From positions 1-64,000 of the forward strand of contig JBCCQQ010000020.1 in NCBI GenBank assembly GCA_039024555.1: a stretch of 64,000 nucleotides of DNA, read 5' to 3'. The translations under genes and the position numbers were made by a program. The notes under the pieces were generated by a model. That model did no database searches, had not been told where the DNA came from, and worked only from the letters and a program-made list of their open reading frames with translations. Shown here in pieces: positions 48,837-58,225 of this stretch. Position 1 is the first letter of the stretch, and the number at the start of each line of letters is the position of its first letter. This stretch comes from Cyanobacteria bacterium P01_D01_bin.156 (lineage in GTDB: Bacteria; Cyanobacteriota; Cyanobacteriia; Phormidesmidales; Phormidesmidaceae).

Positions 48837-49679
48837 TTACTGGTTATTCAAAGACCAGTCGTAGTCGAAATAACTAACCTTGTAATCACCGGCCTCTAAA
48901 TAAGCCTTATCGTCATCACTGACGTAGTTACTGACGAAATTGAGCACCGCCCGCTCTTCTTTACTACCAGCAAAACCACTATCCACACCGTAGCTAGGGA
49001 TCCAGTCACCACCAAACCAGCTGAAGATCTTGGATAGCTTAACTTCACCAGCTTCCCTATCAATCTTAAAACCATCTGGCCTTGCCAACCACTGCATCAC
49101 TTGCTCATCTAGCTGTTCATCCAACCTTGCGCCAGTGAATGCTTCATTACGCAGTGGAGGACAGCTAATGGCAGCACAGACAATAGCTGCATGCAGACGC
49201 GGTTCATCAAAGTCCACTCGCAGGACATCGTGCTCAATTTCGTTGAGGGTCTTTTGTTTTTGATTAATGGGATGCTTACGTAAACGCCATACCCCTGTAA
49301 TGTCTTTAATGCTGGGCTTTAGAGGAGTTTGATCAACAATTGATTTGAGAGTCAAGGAGTTATAAGCATTGATCCAAAATGCAATTTGTTCCTCTTCGCT
49401 CCAGCCACTTAGCGTGGCATCGTCAATCTCTGCCAAGGCATTATTAAACGTGTCTAACGTCTGTCGAGACTGCTGCAGATCGGCATAGTTAACCCAGCCT
49501 TCACTATCGACATAAGTATCTAAGACATCGTCATAAATGGTGTAATCAACCCCCTGAGCAGAGGCAATCTCCACTTCACCTGAAGAAGCATCGGACGAGG
49601 TTGTCACAGCACTGGTAGAACAACCGACTAAACCCAGGGAGCAAACTAGAAAAAGAGCGGATAAATACTTACGTTTCAT
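48837..49679 (-). CDS. DUF547 lipoprotein
   Basis: Lipobox LVGC; AFWINAYN and EPRLHAAIVCAAISCPPL motifs. Confidence 0.88.
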   Translation of the reverse strand: MKRKYLSALFLVCSLGLVGCSTSAVTTSSDASSGEVEIASAQGVDYTIYDDVLDTYVDSEGWVNYADLQQSRQTLDTFNNALAEIDDATLSGWSEEEQIAFWINAYNSLTLKSIVDQTPLKPSIKDITGVWRLRKHPINQKQKTLNEIEHDVLRVDFDEPRLHAAIVCAAISCPPLRNEAFTGARLDEQLDEQVMQWLARPDGFKIDREAGEVKLSKIFSWFGGDWIPSYGVDSGFAGSKEERAVLNFVSNYVSDDDKAYLEAGDYKVSYFDYDWSLNNQ

Positions 49680-49928
49680 AGGGATTATCTATCAGAGGAG
49701 GAAGTGGCAAGGTGAGGTGATCGGCTACTACCTATAGCTCTAGCCATAGGTAACAACAGCTATGTGCGCAGCAAACTGCTAAATATATTCGGCAGACTAC
49801 ATTTCCCATAGCTATTGCAGGGTTTAAGTAGCATTTAACTACGGGTGCAAAAGGTATATTTTCAATTTCTCATCGCCAACTGAACAAATCCTGAGAGGTG
49901 CCTTAAGTTCTGTTCAATTTTGGGGCCA

Positions 49929-51989
49929 TCAACCGTTCTGGCCAAGTAACCTTGGCACTGGCCAAGTAACCTTGGCACTGCTCCAGGCCACGCCTAACAC
50001 AAATGGCCACCAGAGGAGGTGACGTTGCGTTATCGGCAAAATCCAACTGTAGTCACCCTGGGCAGACATATAGATCAGCGTAAAGTACACATATGCCGAC
50101 AGACTGATCAGTCGCACACCCAGATTACGGCTCAACACCAAAAAGGGCATTAGCCAACTGAGGTACCAAAAATGAATGATGGGGGAAATTACCATCAGAA
50201 AAATTAGATACCACTCGGTAAATTTATGAAACGTGTCGGTGCGCAACAGTAGCCATACAACCACCAGGGCTAAAGGAAATGCATACAGCCAGTTTGCCCA
50301 ACGGGAAGGCTCCCAAAGTTGTTCAACAATGTAGGGAATCAGTTCAGAACAGCGTCCAGTTTCAACAAACGAAGAACCAAACTTGACCAGCGGACAAGCG
50401 GTGGGGCTACAAAACGGCATGGCGGCTACTACTACCGGCATTAACCCTGTGATACCGCTTAACAAGGCGATACCGATACGTCGTCGTCGCAAAGCGTGCC
50501 ACACCAGAAAAGCTAAAACTGGCAATGAAATCCATTTGACAGCAATGCTAATGCCAACAAATAAGGCACTGCCCACATAGGTGAGGGCCGGTGGGTAGAC
50601 CGGTGGCTTCCCTAAGTCAGCAACGGCAGCATTCTCGGCATCAGGCCGATCAAACCAGAGCCAGGCCATAACCAATGGCAGTACAAACCAGCTATCGTAA
50701 TGGCCACCCCCGGCAAAACTATAGAGCACTAAAGGATTCCAAGCATAAAGTAGAGTAGCCAGACGACCAAATCGACGGCTAAGCAACCAGCACACAGCTA
50801 AATCGGCAGCCGCAAAGGTGGCCTTAAACAGTGGGACTGAGAGACCGATACTAGCCAGCGCCCGAAAACCAAACTGAGTCATGGGTGGATAGATGGCCGA
50901 AGCATAGGGATGGTTAATTTGGTCCCACCATTCCGTGCGTAGGGGTTTGAGCACCTGTGAGAGGGGAGAGAAATCGTAGGGGCTAAACCCTTGGAGTTGA
51001 ATGTAGCCCTCCCACAGATAGCGCCAGATATCATTACCGGGGTACATCGCCAACAGCAATAGCCGAGTGGCAATGGCTACCCCCCAAAACCAGACACCGG
51101 GTACGCTGCGTAGCATCCAGGTTAGGATAAAGCCCAGTGCCATAATGGCGCTGCCAATCCAGAAGTGGATAACCGACATGGGTTCGCTAAAGGCACCGTG
51201 GGGCAATGTATAGACGGTTCCAGCTACCAGTAGAAACGCACTGAGAAACAGCAGACCGCGAGGATTTTTTGCGGTGGGCTCTACAGCGCTACCCCGCCAA
51301 AGACGTTGCCAGTACAGGTGAGCCAGTGTGGATAAGATAATGGTGCCGGCTTTGATGCTGCCGGACAGCGTACCTGAGATCTTGGAGCGTCCCCCCTGAC
51401 GTGGCAAATAATTGACCGGCAGTTCACAGATACGTAGACCGCATTCCACCGCTCGGGCCTGCATTTCAACAGTCCAACCAAAGTTGCGATCGCGCATCCC
51501 CATCTTCTCAAGGGCCGTCTTCCGCACCAATCGCAGGGGTCCTAGATCGTGAAATCGATATCCCCAGCCCAGAGCAATTAGAGACCCCGATAACCAGTTG
51601 CCAAAATTCTGCACAGGGCTCAACTGCTGCCGCCCCGTCTCGGTACCGCGACGATTACCTAAAATCAGATCATAGCTTTCCCGCTGAGCAAAAAAGCCTG
51701 GCAGCTGGCTGAGGTCATCACTGCCATCCGCATCGCAAAATAAAATCCACTCAATACTGTTAGGTATCGACTGCAGCCCGCGCCAGCAGGCTTGTCCATA
51801 ACCTTTAATGGGCTCTTGCAACACCTCGGCCCCCGCCCGAATTGCCGCCTCGCTGGTTCCATCGATACTGCCGTTATCCACCACACGAATGTGGGTTAAC
51901 CCTTGCTGGTGGAGATTTTTAACGACACTGCCAATCGTGGCTGCTTCATTAAGCGCTGGAATAATAACGAGGGTATTCTCTAGATTCAT
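49929..51989 (-). CDS. GT2 domain fused to a multi-TM GT-C/GT87-like domain
   Basis: IIPALNE and DADGSD motifs; C-terminal half has DIWRYLWEG, AIYPP and YAWNPL...GHYD. Confidence 0.85.
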   Translation of the reverse strand: MNLENTLVIIPALNEAATIGSVVKNLHQQGLTHIRVVDNGSIDGTSEAAIRAGAEVLQEPIKGYGQACWRGLQSIPNSIEWILFCDADGSDDLSQLPGFFAQRESYDLILGNRRGTETGRQQLSPVQNFGNWLSGSLIALGWGYRFHDLGPLRLVRKTALEKMGMRDRNFGWTVEMQARAVECGLRICELPVNYLPRQGGRSKISGTLSGSIKAGTIILSTLAHLYWQRLWRGSAVEPTAKNPRGLLFLSAFLLVAGTVYTLPHGAFSEPMSVIHFWIGSAIMALGFILTWMLRSVPGVWFWGVAIATRLLLLAMYPGNDIWRYLWEGYIQLQGFSPYDFSPLSQVLKPLRTEWWDQINHPYASAIYPPMTQFGFRALASIGLSVPLFKATFAAADLAVCWLLSRRFGRLATLLYAWNPLVLYSFAGGGHYDSWFVLPLVMAWLWFDRPDAENAAVADLGKPPVYPPALTYVGSALFVGISIAVKWISLPVLAFLVWHALRRRRIGIALLSGITGLMPVVVAAMPFCSPTACPLVKFGSSFVETGRCSELIPYIVEQLWEPSRWANWLYAFPLALVVVWLLLRTDTFHKFTEWYLIFLMVISPIIHFWYLSWLMPFLVLSRNLGVRLISLSAYVYFTLIYMSAQGDYSWILPITQRHLLWWPFVLGVAWSSAKVTWPVPRLLGQNG
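49938..49980. repeat. 20-bp tandem duplication in the 3' end of the GT gene
   Basis: CTGGCCAAGTAACCTTGGCA x2 followed by CTG. Confidence 0.9.
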
Positions 51990-52250
51990 GGCATGCCACG
52001 GGACGATGTCAGCCTTAATTAAATCGGTTTTGGCTGAAATTGCGCTGAGCTAACCACAAACAAATTCTCAGATAAAGAGGGAATGCGCTGTGCTAGGGAG
52101 TGCGTTTACATCGCCCACAAGGAAATCTTCGTTCTTCCCTTTTTCCCCTTGCTCCCTTCACCGTTAACCTATCCATCTCAGCCAAACATCTTAAGTTCCC
52201 TGGACTAATTCCTTACTTATTAATCACCCTCTGTACACTGTAAAAGCGGT

Positions 52251-54014
52251 ATGGAGGATTGGCCCATGGCAACGGAAACAGCAACAATTATTGATCCGCA
52301 GTTGCAAGCCTATCGTTCTGCTCTGGCTAAGCTACTTCAGAAAATGCAGGGGCTAGCCGCCAGTATTAACAACCCGGACCTAGCCGAAACCATTGACAGT
52401 CTGCAGCGCAATATCGATGAACCTTTTTTATTCGTGGTGGTGGGTGAAGTCAAAGCGGGCAAAAGTAGTTTTGTAAATGCCCTGCTCAATGCCGAGGTAT
52501 GTGCCACGGACATTGCCCCCTGTACCGATTCCATTCAACAAATTGTGTACGGTGACGAAGAGACCGTAGAACAAATCGAACCCCACCTACGCAAGCTGAG
52601 TCGGCCCATTGACATTTTGCAGGATGTCTCGATTGTGGATACACCGGGAACCAACTCCCTAGTAGCCGGCCACCAGGTGATTACGGAACGCTATATTCCC
52701 AATAGTGACCTGACGTTTTTTGTCCTATTTGCCAAGAATCCGTATCAAAAAAGCGCCTGGGACTTTTTGGACTATGTCAGCGTGAACTGGCGCAAAAAGG
52801 TGGTGTTTATTCTGCAGCAGGCTGACTTACTACGTCCCGATAATCTAGCCACCAACATCCAACAGGTGCGGGACTATGCTATCCAAAAACAAATTCCTAA
52901 CCCCATGGTATTCGCCACATCAGCGGAAATGGAATTTGAAGGCGACACTGCGAACAGCGGTTTTACTCCAGTGCGCCAGTACATTCGCGACATGGTTTCC
53001 ACTGGGGAGAGCTATAAAGTCAAACTGCGTTCTGTAAGCAGTACAACCCAAAAGCTGATTGAAGCGCTCACCGACGACATTACTACGCTCCAAAAACAAC
53101 TGCAGGAGGACCAGGCAACAGCCGAGCGACTGCGGCAGCAAATTGCTGCAGGGAGAGGGCGATCGCAAACTGAAATCAACACCCTAGTCAGCCGTCTCTC
53201 CGACCGATACGACACTATTTCCAGTCGCATCAAGCTAGAGTTTCGTGACAGTCTGTCTGTAATGACGGTGATGCGTCGTTCCTTTGTTGGCATCTTTAAC
53301 AAGGACGCCTCGCTTCAGACGTGGATCAATGAGTTCAAAGATCGCTGCCAGACGGAACTAAAAACATCCTTAGAAGAACTTTCTAACGAAGGTGCTCAAC
53401 ACTTTGTGGATGGCATTCGACAGCTGCTAGAAGGCTTAACAGACAACCTTAACGCCATCCAAACCCATAAATTACAAAGCAACGTTATTTCGATCAAAAT
53501 TCTGGAACGCCGTCAGGAGGTGATCGAAAGTGTAAAAGCTAAAGTCGGCACCTTACTTACCGATGAAGGATTAACCCGCACCCTAGGTTCAGAAGCTGAA
53601 AGTCTGGCCGCCGAGATCGTTGGCGGGGCCTTTGTAGCCGTGGCTGGCACGATTCTACATATCGTAGAGTTTGCGATCGCAGAGGCCATTATGAATGCCA
53701 TTGGTATTGCCTTTGCCGGCATTGGCGTTATCTTTCTAGCCATTGGTATCGCTTGGCAACGCAGACGCATTATCACCAAATTTGAGAGTGCTCTGGATGG
53801 TGAAAAAGCTCGATTTAAGAGCGACGTCACCGACCGGCTCAACCAAAAGCTCAGCCTGATCTATGAAGAAGTAGAACGAATTTTTGTACAGTTCTACGAC
53901 TATGTAGACCGAGAAACCACAGCCGTTGCCCCAGTCTTAGAGCAGTACACTGACATTCAAACAAATGCCAAAGACCTATTTAAAGAGATGGCCAGCCACA
54001 ATCTAATGGAATAG
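52251..54014 (+). CDS. Dynamin-family GTPase (bacterial dynamin-like)
   Basis: GEVKAGKSS and DTPG motifs; long helical region and C-terminal hydrophobic segment. Confidence 0.85.
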   Translation: MEDWPMATETATIIDPQLQAYRSALAKLLQKMQGLAASINNPDLAETIDSLQRNIDEPFLFVVVGEVKAGKSSFVNALLNAEVCATDIAPCTDSIQQIVYGDEETVEQIEPHLRKLSRPIDILQDVSIVDTPGTNSLVAGHQVITERYIPNSDLTFFVLFAKNPYQKSAWDFLDYVSVNWRKKVVFILQQADLLRPDNLATNIQQVRDYAIQKQIPNPMVFATSAEMEFEGDTANSGFTPVRQYIRDMVSTGESYKVKLRSVSSTTQKLIEALTDDITTLQKQLQEDQATAERLRQQIAAGRGRSQTEINTLVSRLSDRYDTISSRIKLEFRDSLSVMTVMRRSFVGIFNKDASLQTWINEFKDRCQTELKTSLEELSNEGAQHFVDGIRQLLEGLTDNLNAIQTHKLQSNVISIKILERRQEVIESVKAKVGTLLTDEGLTRTLGSEAESLAAEIVGGAFVAVAGTILHIVEFAIAEAIMNAIGIAFAGIGVIFLAIGIAWQRRRIITKFESALDGEKARFKSDVTDRLNQKLSLIYEEVERIFVQFYDYVDRETTAVAPVLEQYTDIQTNAKDLFKEMASHNLME

Positions 54015-54031
54015 AAACCCGAAAAAAGTTA

Positions 54032-54113
54032 GGCGTTGCCGATCCTGGGGATGATTTTATCTAACACAAGCAGTTGGCCAGTAGGCTTTACAGATGGTTT
54101 CATCCCGTAAATC
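54032..54113. mobile_element. Truncated copy of the 43366-43456 MITE-like family
   Basis: GGCGTTGCCGATCCT...TTTTATCT...TACAGAT.GTTTCATCC..TAAATC; the outer part of the right TIR is missing. Confidence 0.6.
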
Positions 54114-54123
54114 TAGGAAAGGT

Positions 54124-54175
54124 AAAAGTTAAGGGCATAGGTGCCGAATACTCAGCACCTATGCCCTTAACTTTT
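54124..54175. terminator. Perfect 21-bp hairpin between convergent genes (probable bidirectional terminator)
   Basis: AAAAGTTAAGGGCATAGGTGC-N10-GCACCTATGCCCTTAACTTTT. Confidence 0.75.
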
Positions 54176-54207
54176 GAAGCCCATTGTGTCCCATGGAACG
54201 CGGGCGG

Positions 54208-54504
54208 TTAATCTTCTTTATCGTCTAGGGCACTACCACCGCCGGAAGATTCGTAAATAGCATCTAGCTGCTCACGAGCATCCTTAATAGAAATAGAGCG
54301 CATGACCAACAATGGCTCATCCAGCACATTCCCAGCATCATCGAGTAGTTCGGGATGAGGCACACGGCGAGGTTGCCTGGGAGCTGATGGAGCCGAACCA
54401 ACCCGCCGAGTTTCGATGCCTAGGCTGATTAAATTACGGACCAAATTGACAATCGCCAACACGGCCAAAATCGAGAACGCAAAAATATAGAGTAAATGCA
54501 GCAT
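54208..54504 (-). CDS. DUF2973 family protein
   Basis: MLHLLYIFAF...HPELLDDAG...EPLLVMRS; ATG 54504. Confidence 0.8.
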   Translation of the reverse strand: MLHLLYIFAFSILAVLAIVNLVRNLISLGIETRRVGSAPSAPRQPRRVPHPELLDDAGNVLDEPLLVMRSISIKDAREQLDAIYESSGGGSALDDKED

Positions 54505-54520
54505 AGGTAAAAGCGCCGAG

Positions 54521-54859
54521 CTAATTATCCTCTGGAAGTTTGTTTGGAGTCTGCTGCTGCCGGAATTGCATAGCAACATTCCAACATTCATGGACCAACC
54601 GATGCCAAGACATTACCACTGACACATCGACACCGGCCTCACTGTCAGTTGCCTGAAATAATGCCTGAGATGCACTCACCAGCTGTTGAGCCTCACGCAC
54701 ACGAGCCAGCAAATCCTGCTGCCGATGCTCACCAAGAAAATCAATCGTCTCAGCCTCGAGGAGAGTGATAGAACGGCCAAACCAATGTTGGAAATCATCC
54801 AAAAGAGGCCCTAAAACCGCTTTCATTAACTGCGTTTCGGGAGCGTTGGAACTGGACAT
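54521..54859 (-). CDS. DUF2605 family protein
   Basis: VLGPLLDDFQHWFGRS...WHRLVHECW. Confidence 0.8.
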   Translation of the reverse strand: MSSSNAPETQLMKAVLGPLLDDFQHWFGRSITLLEAETIDFLGEHRQQDLLARVREAQQLVSASQALFQATDSEAGVDVSVVMSWHRLVHECWNVAMQFRQQQTPNKLPEDN

Positions 54860-55082
54860 CAGCTGCGCTTAAGCTCAATAGAGTAGAAATGATCGTTAAA
54901 CATTAAGAAGTATCACGCACCCCTATTAGCTTAAACAGAACCTGTAGAGATTGCCACCTAGCTTGTGTACTGGAAAACAATAAACACGACTAATGGGCAT
55001 TCAGTAAAGGCTTTCCATCAGCATATATATTAGCGTTATTCCTAAAACAGAATAGTTAAGATATGCCATCGATTTATCCCAA

Positions 55083-55325
55083 CTATTCTGGTATCTGATC
55101 TAAGGTCTGCCAGCCCGCTCGCCACAGCTGACGATTTTTCAGGGCAGTAGCATTAATCCAAAAGCGGACATTGGGGTCACAGGATGCCACCAGCTCAGCA
55201 AACACCAGCTTGCCTTGATTTTTGCGATTGGCCACCTGAAAATGTCGCCACCCCAGAGTCCGCTGCTGTGCAGTCCATTTAGACCCCAACAGATGGGGAA
55301 ATTTTTGTTTTTTGGGTTTAGCCAT
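55083..55325 (-). CDS. TIGR02450 family Trp-rich protein
   Basis: LLGSKWTA...GWRHFQV...W.AGW. Confidence 0.82.
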   Translation of the reverse strand: MAKPKKQKFPHLLGSKWTAQQRTLGWRHFQVANRKNQGKLVFAELVASCDPNVRFWINATALKNRQLWRAGWQTLDQIPE

Positions 55326-55416
55326 TTTGGCAGATTACCAGAGTTAACAAGCTGTTCTGCAGGCCAACGGCACAGAACTGTGACTGCTCCAGGCGGCAGC
55401 AATGCCAGCACAATCA

Positions 55417-55863
55417 CTATCCCAAGGTTTTTTTCAGGCCACGGATATGGACAGCACGGCTGGTAATGTAGGCCATTTTCGGTTCTAAACGGATGTAGAC
55501 CTTACCGGACAAGAGCCCCCTTACATTTTGGCGGGCATATACCACTAGATCCGCAGGTAAACTGTCATCTTCTAGGGGGGTATACCCGAGCTCGGCAAGG
55601 GGCTGACTAATTTGATTGAGAAATACTTTATGCCCCTTAATCGGCTGCTTCAACGTGATTGACCGATTAAAGTAAAGCCCTAAAAAGCCCCCTACTACCC
55701 CCATAACTAAACCTAGCTGGTTAGGTACTGCGCTCATGGGGCTGAGATGGAGCACCAGACTGGCTAAAACAATGGTGATTAGCGTAGTGGTGCCAAAGTA
55801 GTACAAAAAGGTAAGAGAATTCTCAGGTCCTGGGCTGCTGGTAGTCATAGGAAAGTGATGCAT
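55417..55863 (-). CDS. Conserved hypothetical membrane protein
   Basis: Two TM helices; TFLYYFG and GLYFNRS. Confidence 0.65.
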   Translation of the reverse strand: MHHFPMTTSSPGPENSLTFLYYFGTTTLITIVLASLVLHLSPMSAVPNQLGLVMGVVGGFLGLYFNRSITLKQPIKGHKVFLNQISQPLAELGYTPLEDDSLPADLVVYARQNVRGLLSGKVYIRLEPKMAYITSRAVHIRGLKKTLG

Positions 55864-56252
55864 TGTATCTAATCGTTGCTGACTACAGATGTGAGTTTTT
55901 CTGCAGCATAAGGCTCAACCGTAACCTTTTCAGGTGGTTCAGGTCTTAACAGCTTATTTTTGGAGATATAAAGTCTCTTAATGTATTAGGATACTTGCGC
56001 GTTGGGTTAGCGTTCTAGCGCATTTACGGGTTTTGACATAATTATTGCGCAACCCGACCGATGGTTCAGATGATTTTCTGTTGCTGATGTAAAGGACGAA
56101 TCAATTTGTGAATCAGATGAAGCAATCCTGTGGCTTCCATAGAAGTATATCGATGTTGAGCATGCCCATAATTCTATGGCAGTCTTCTTGGAATTCAGTG
56201 GCAGAATGGTCAGGCAGAATTAACCGACCGATGACTATGGGACTGATAAACC

Positions 56253-57356
56253 ATGATTGAGGTAGATCAGCTAAGCAAAGCGTACGGTTCGACCCTAGCC
56301 ATTAGGGATGTGTCTTTTAAGGTGGAACCTGGAGAAATTCTAGGTTTTCTGGGGCCTAATGGCGCTGGTAAAACCACAACCATGCGAATTTTGGCCGGGT
56401 ATTTGCCAGCCACCAGCGGCACCGCACGGATCGCGGACCATGAGGTTCATACCGATTCCATGGCAGTGCGGCAAAATATTGGCTATTTGCCAGAGACACC
56501 GCCGCTTTACCCTGATATGACGGTAGAGGCGTTTCTATACTTTGTGGCGCGGATCAAGGGTGTACCCATTGGCGATCGCAACCAGCGCGTAGGCTCAGCC
56601 ATGGAGCGCTGCAACCTAACCGAAAAGCGTACTATCCTGATTCGCAAGCTCTCCAAGGGATTTCGACAGCGGGTGGGCATTGCCCAAGCGATTGTCCACG
56701 ATCCGCCGGTAATTATTTTGGACGAACCCACGGTGGGTCTGGACCCAAAGCAGATTATTGACGTTCGTAACCTGATTAAAAGTCTGGCGGGGCAGCACAC
56801 CATCATTCTTTCTACTCACATTCTGCCGGAGGTGAGCATGACCTGCGATCGCATCACCATTATTAACAAGGGTCGCATCGTCGCCACCGACACCCCCGAG
56901 AATCTCACAGCGCGATTGGCCGGTCAGCTAGGCTACGCCATTGAGGTGGCAGGCGAGCCGGAACAGACCTGCAATATTCTAAATGGTCTGGACCAGGTGG
57001 AATCCGTAACACCCCTGGTCAGCGAAGGCTTGGCGGAAAATCATCATCGATTTCAGGTCGTATCCGCCACGGAGAACGATCCGGGGGGTGCGATCGCAGC
57101 AGCGATTATTAATGCTGAGCTGGGGCTATATGAACTGTCTCGCAATCGAGTCAGTCTAGAGGATGTCTTTATTAACCTGACCACAGAAGAACCTGCCGCA
57201 GATGTTTCTCCTGAAACTGAGGACGATTCCACAGCCACCGTCACAGCCGAAGCAGATACTGAGCCAACGAGCGCCGAATCAGAGAGTGCCGCAGACGCCA
57301 ATTCTTCCTCAGAAGCAGCCCCCTCAGAAGACCCACAACCCAAAACCGATGGATAG
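56253..57356 (+). CDS. ABC transporter ATP-binding protein (GldA-like)
   Basis: GPNGAGKTT, LSKGFRQRVG and LDEPTVGLD motifs. Confidence 0.92.
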   Translation: MIEVDQLSKAYGSTLAIRDVSFKVEPGEILGFLGPNGAGKTTTMRILAGYLPATSGTARIADHEVHTDSMAVRQNIGYLPETPPLYPDMTVEAFLYFVARIKGVPIGDRNQRVGSAMERCNLTEKRTILIRKLSKGFRQRVGIAQAIVHDPPVIILDEPTVGLDPKQIIDVRNLIKSLAGQHTIILSTHILPEVSMTCDRITIINKGRIVATDTPENLTARLAGQLGYAIEVAGEPEQTCNILNGLDQVESVTPLVSEGLAENHHRFQVVSATENDPGGAIAAAIINAELGLYELSRNRVSLEDVFINLTTEEPAADVSPETEDDSTATVTAEADTEPTSAESESAADANSSSEAAPSEDPQPKTDG

Positions 57357-58158
57357 CATCATTACCGTTATCAGCAATATCGTTGCCATTTACCGCCGGG
57401 AACTTCAGAGCTACTTTGCATCGCCCCTGGCCTACGGCATTGCCACCGTATTTTGGCTCCTGGCCAGCTTCTTACTAGTCATCCTGGTCTTTGGCCCCCA
57501 AGGATTGCTAGAACAGTCCGCCTTTGCCGACCAGGCCGGGTTACAAAGTGCTCCCCTGGACTTGCCTTATGAATTTACCCAGTTTTATCTGGGGCTATTG
57601 GGCTCCCTGGCCATGTTTATCCTCCCCGCACTCTCAATGGGGCTGTATACCGATGAACGCAAACAGGGCACCCTCGAACTTTTGGCCACCTCACCCATCA
57701 CCAACTGGGCAGTGGCTCTGGGTAAACTGCTCGGCGTGGTTACCTTTTTTCTCACCATGGTGCTGCCATTACTGGTATTAGAGTCCTTAATTGTTGGCGC
57801 GTCCGATCCACCCTTTGACCTCAAGCTGCTGTTTATTGGCCACCTGGGCTTAATTCTCATGGCAGCTGGTGTACTTTCTCTAGGAATGTTTATCTCCTCG
57901 CTCACAGAGAGCACGGTGCTGGCGGCTATTCTCACCTTTGCACTGGTGTTAGTGCTATTTGTACTAGAGGGTGTAGCAGGCGGTCTACCAGGTCCAGTAG
58001 GGGATGCCCTAGGCCATCTCTCTCTGCTCAAGCACTACAACAACTTTACCCAAGGTGTGTTTGACATCAGTGGTCTAGTTTTGTTTCTTTCCTATGCGGC
58101 CCTGGGGTTGTTTTTAACTGCGCAATCCATCGAAGCGTTTAGATTTCAGAGAAACTAG
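57349..58158 (+). CDS. ABC-2 permease (GldF-like)
   Basis: RRELQSYFASP and ERKQGTLELLATSP motifs; ATG 57349. Confidence 0.88.
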   Translation: MDSIITVISNIVAIYRRELQSYFASPLAYGIATVFWLLASFLLVILVFGPQGLLEQSAFADQAGLQSAPLDLPYEFTQFYLGLLGSLAMFILPALSMGLYTDERKQGTLELLATSPITNWAVALGKLLGVVTFFLTMVLPLLVLESLIVGASDPPFDLKLLFIGHLGLILMAAGVLSLGMFISSLTESTVLAAILTFALVLVLFVLEGVAGGLPGPVGDALGHLSLLKHYNNFTQGVFDISGLVLFLSYAALGLFLTAQSIEAFRFQRN

Positions 58159-58225
58159 CTGGGTTTAACATGTCACATTTCACCCCATTTTCTCACTGTT
58201 ACCATTTTTCTGTCTGCCCCACGTT

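Noticed and set aside
54028..54034. GTTAGGC as an integron core site
   Set aside because: It arises from the junction with the MITE terminus; no L box, cassette or attC is associated
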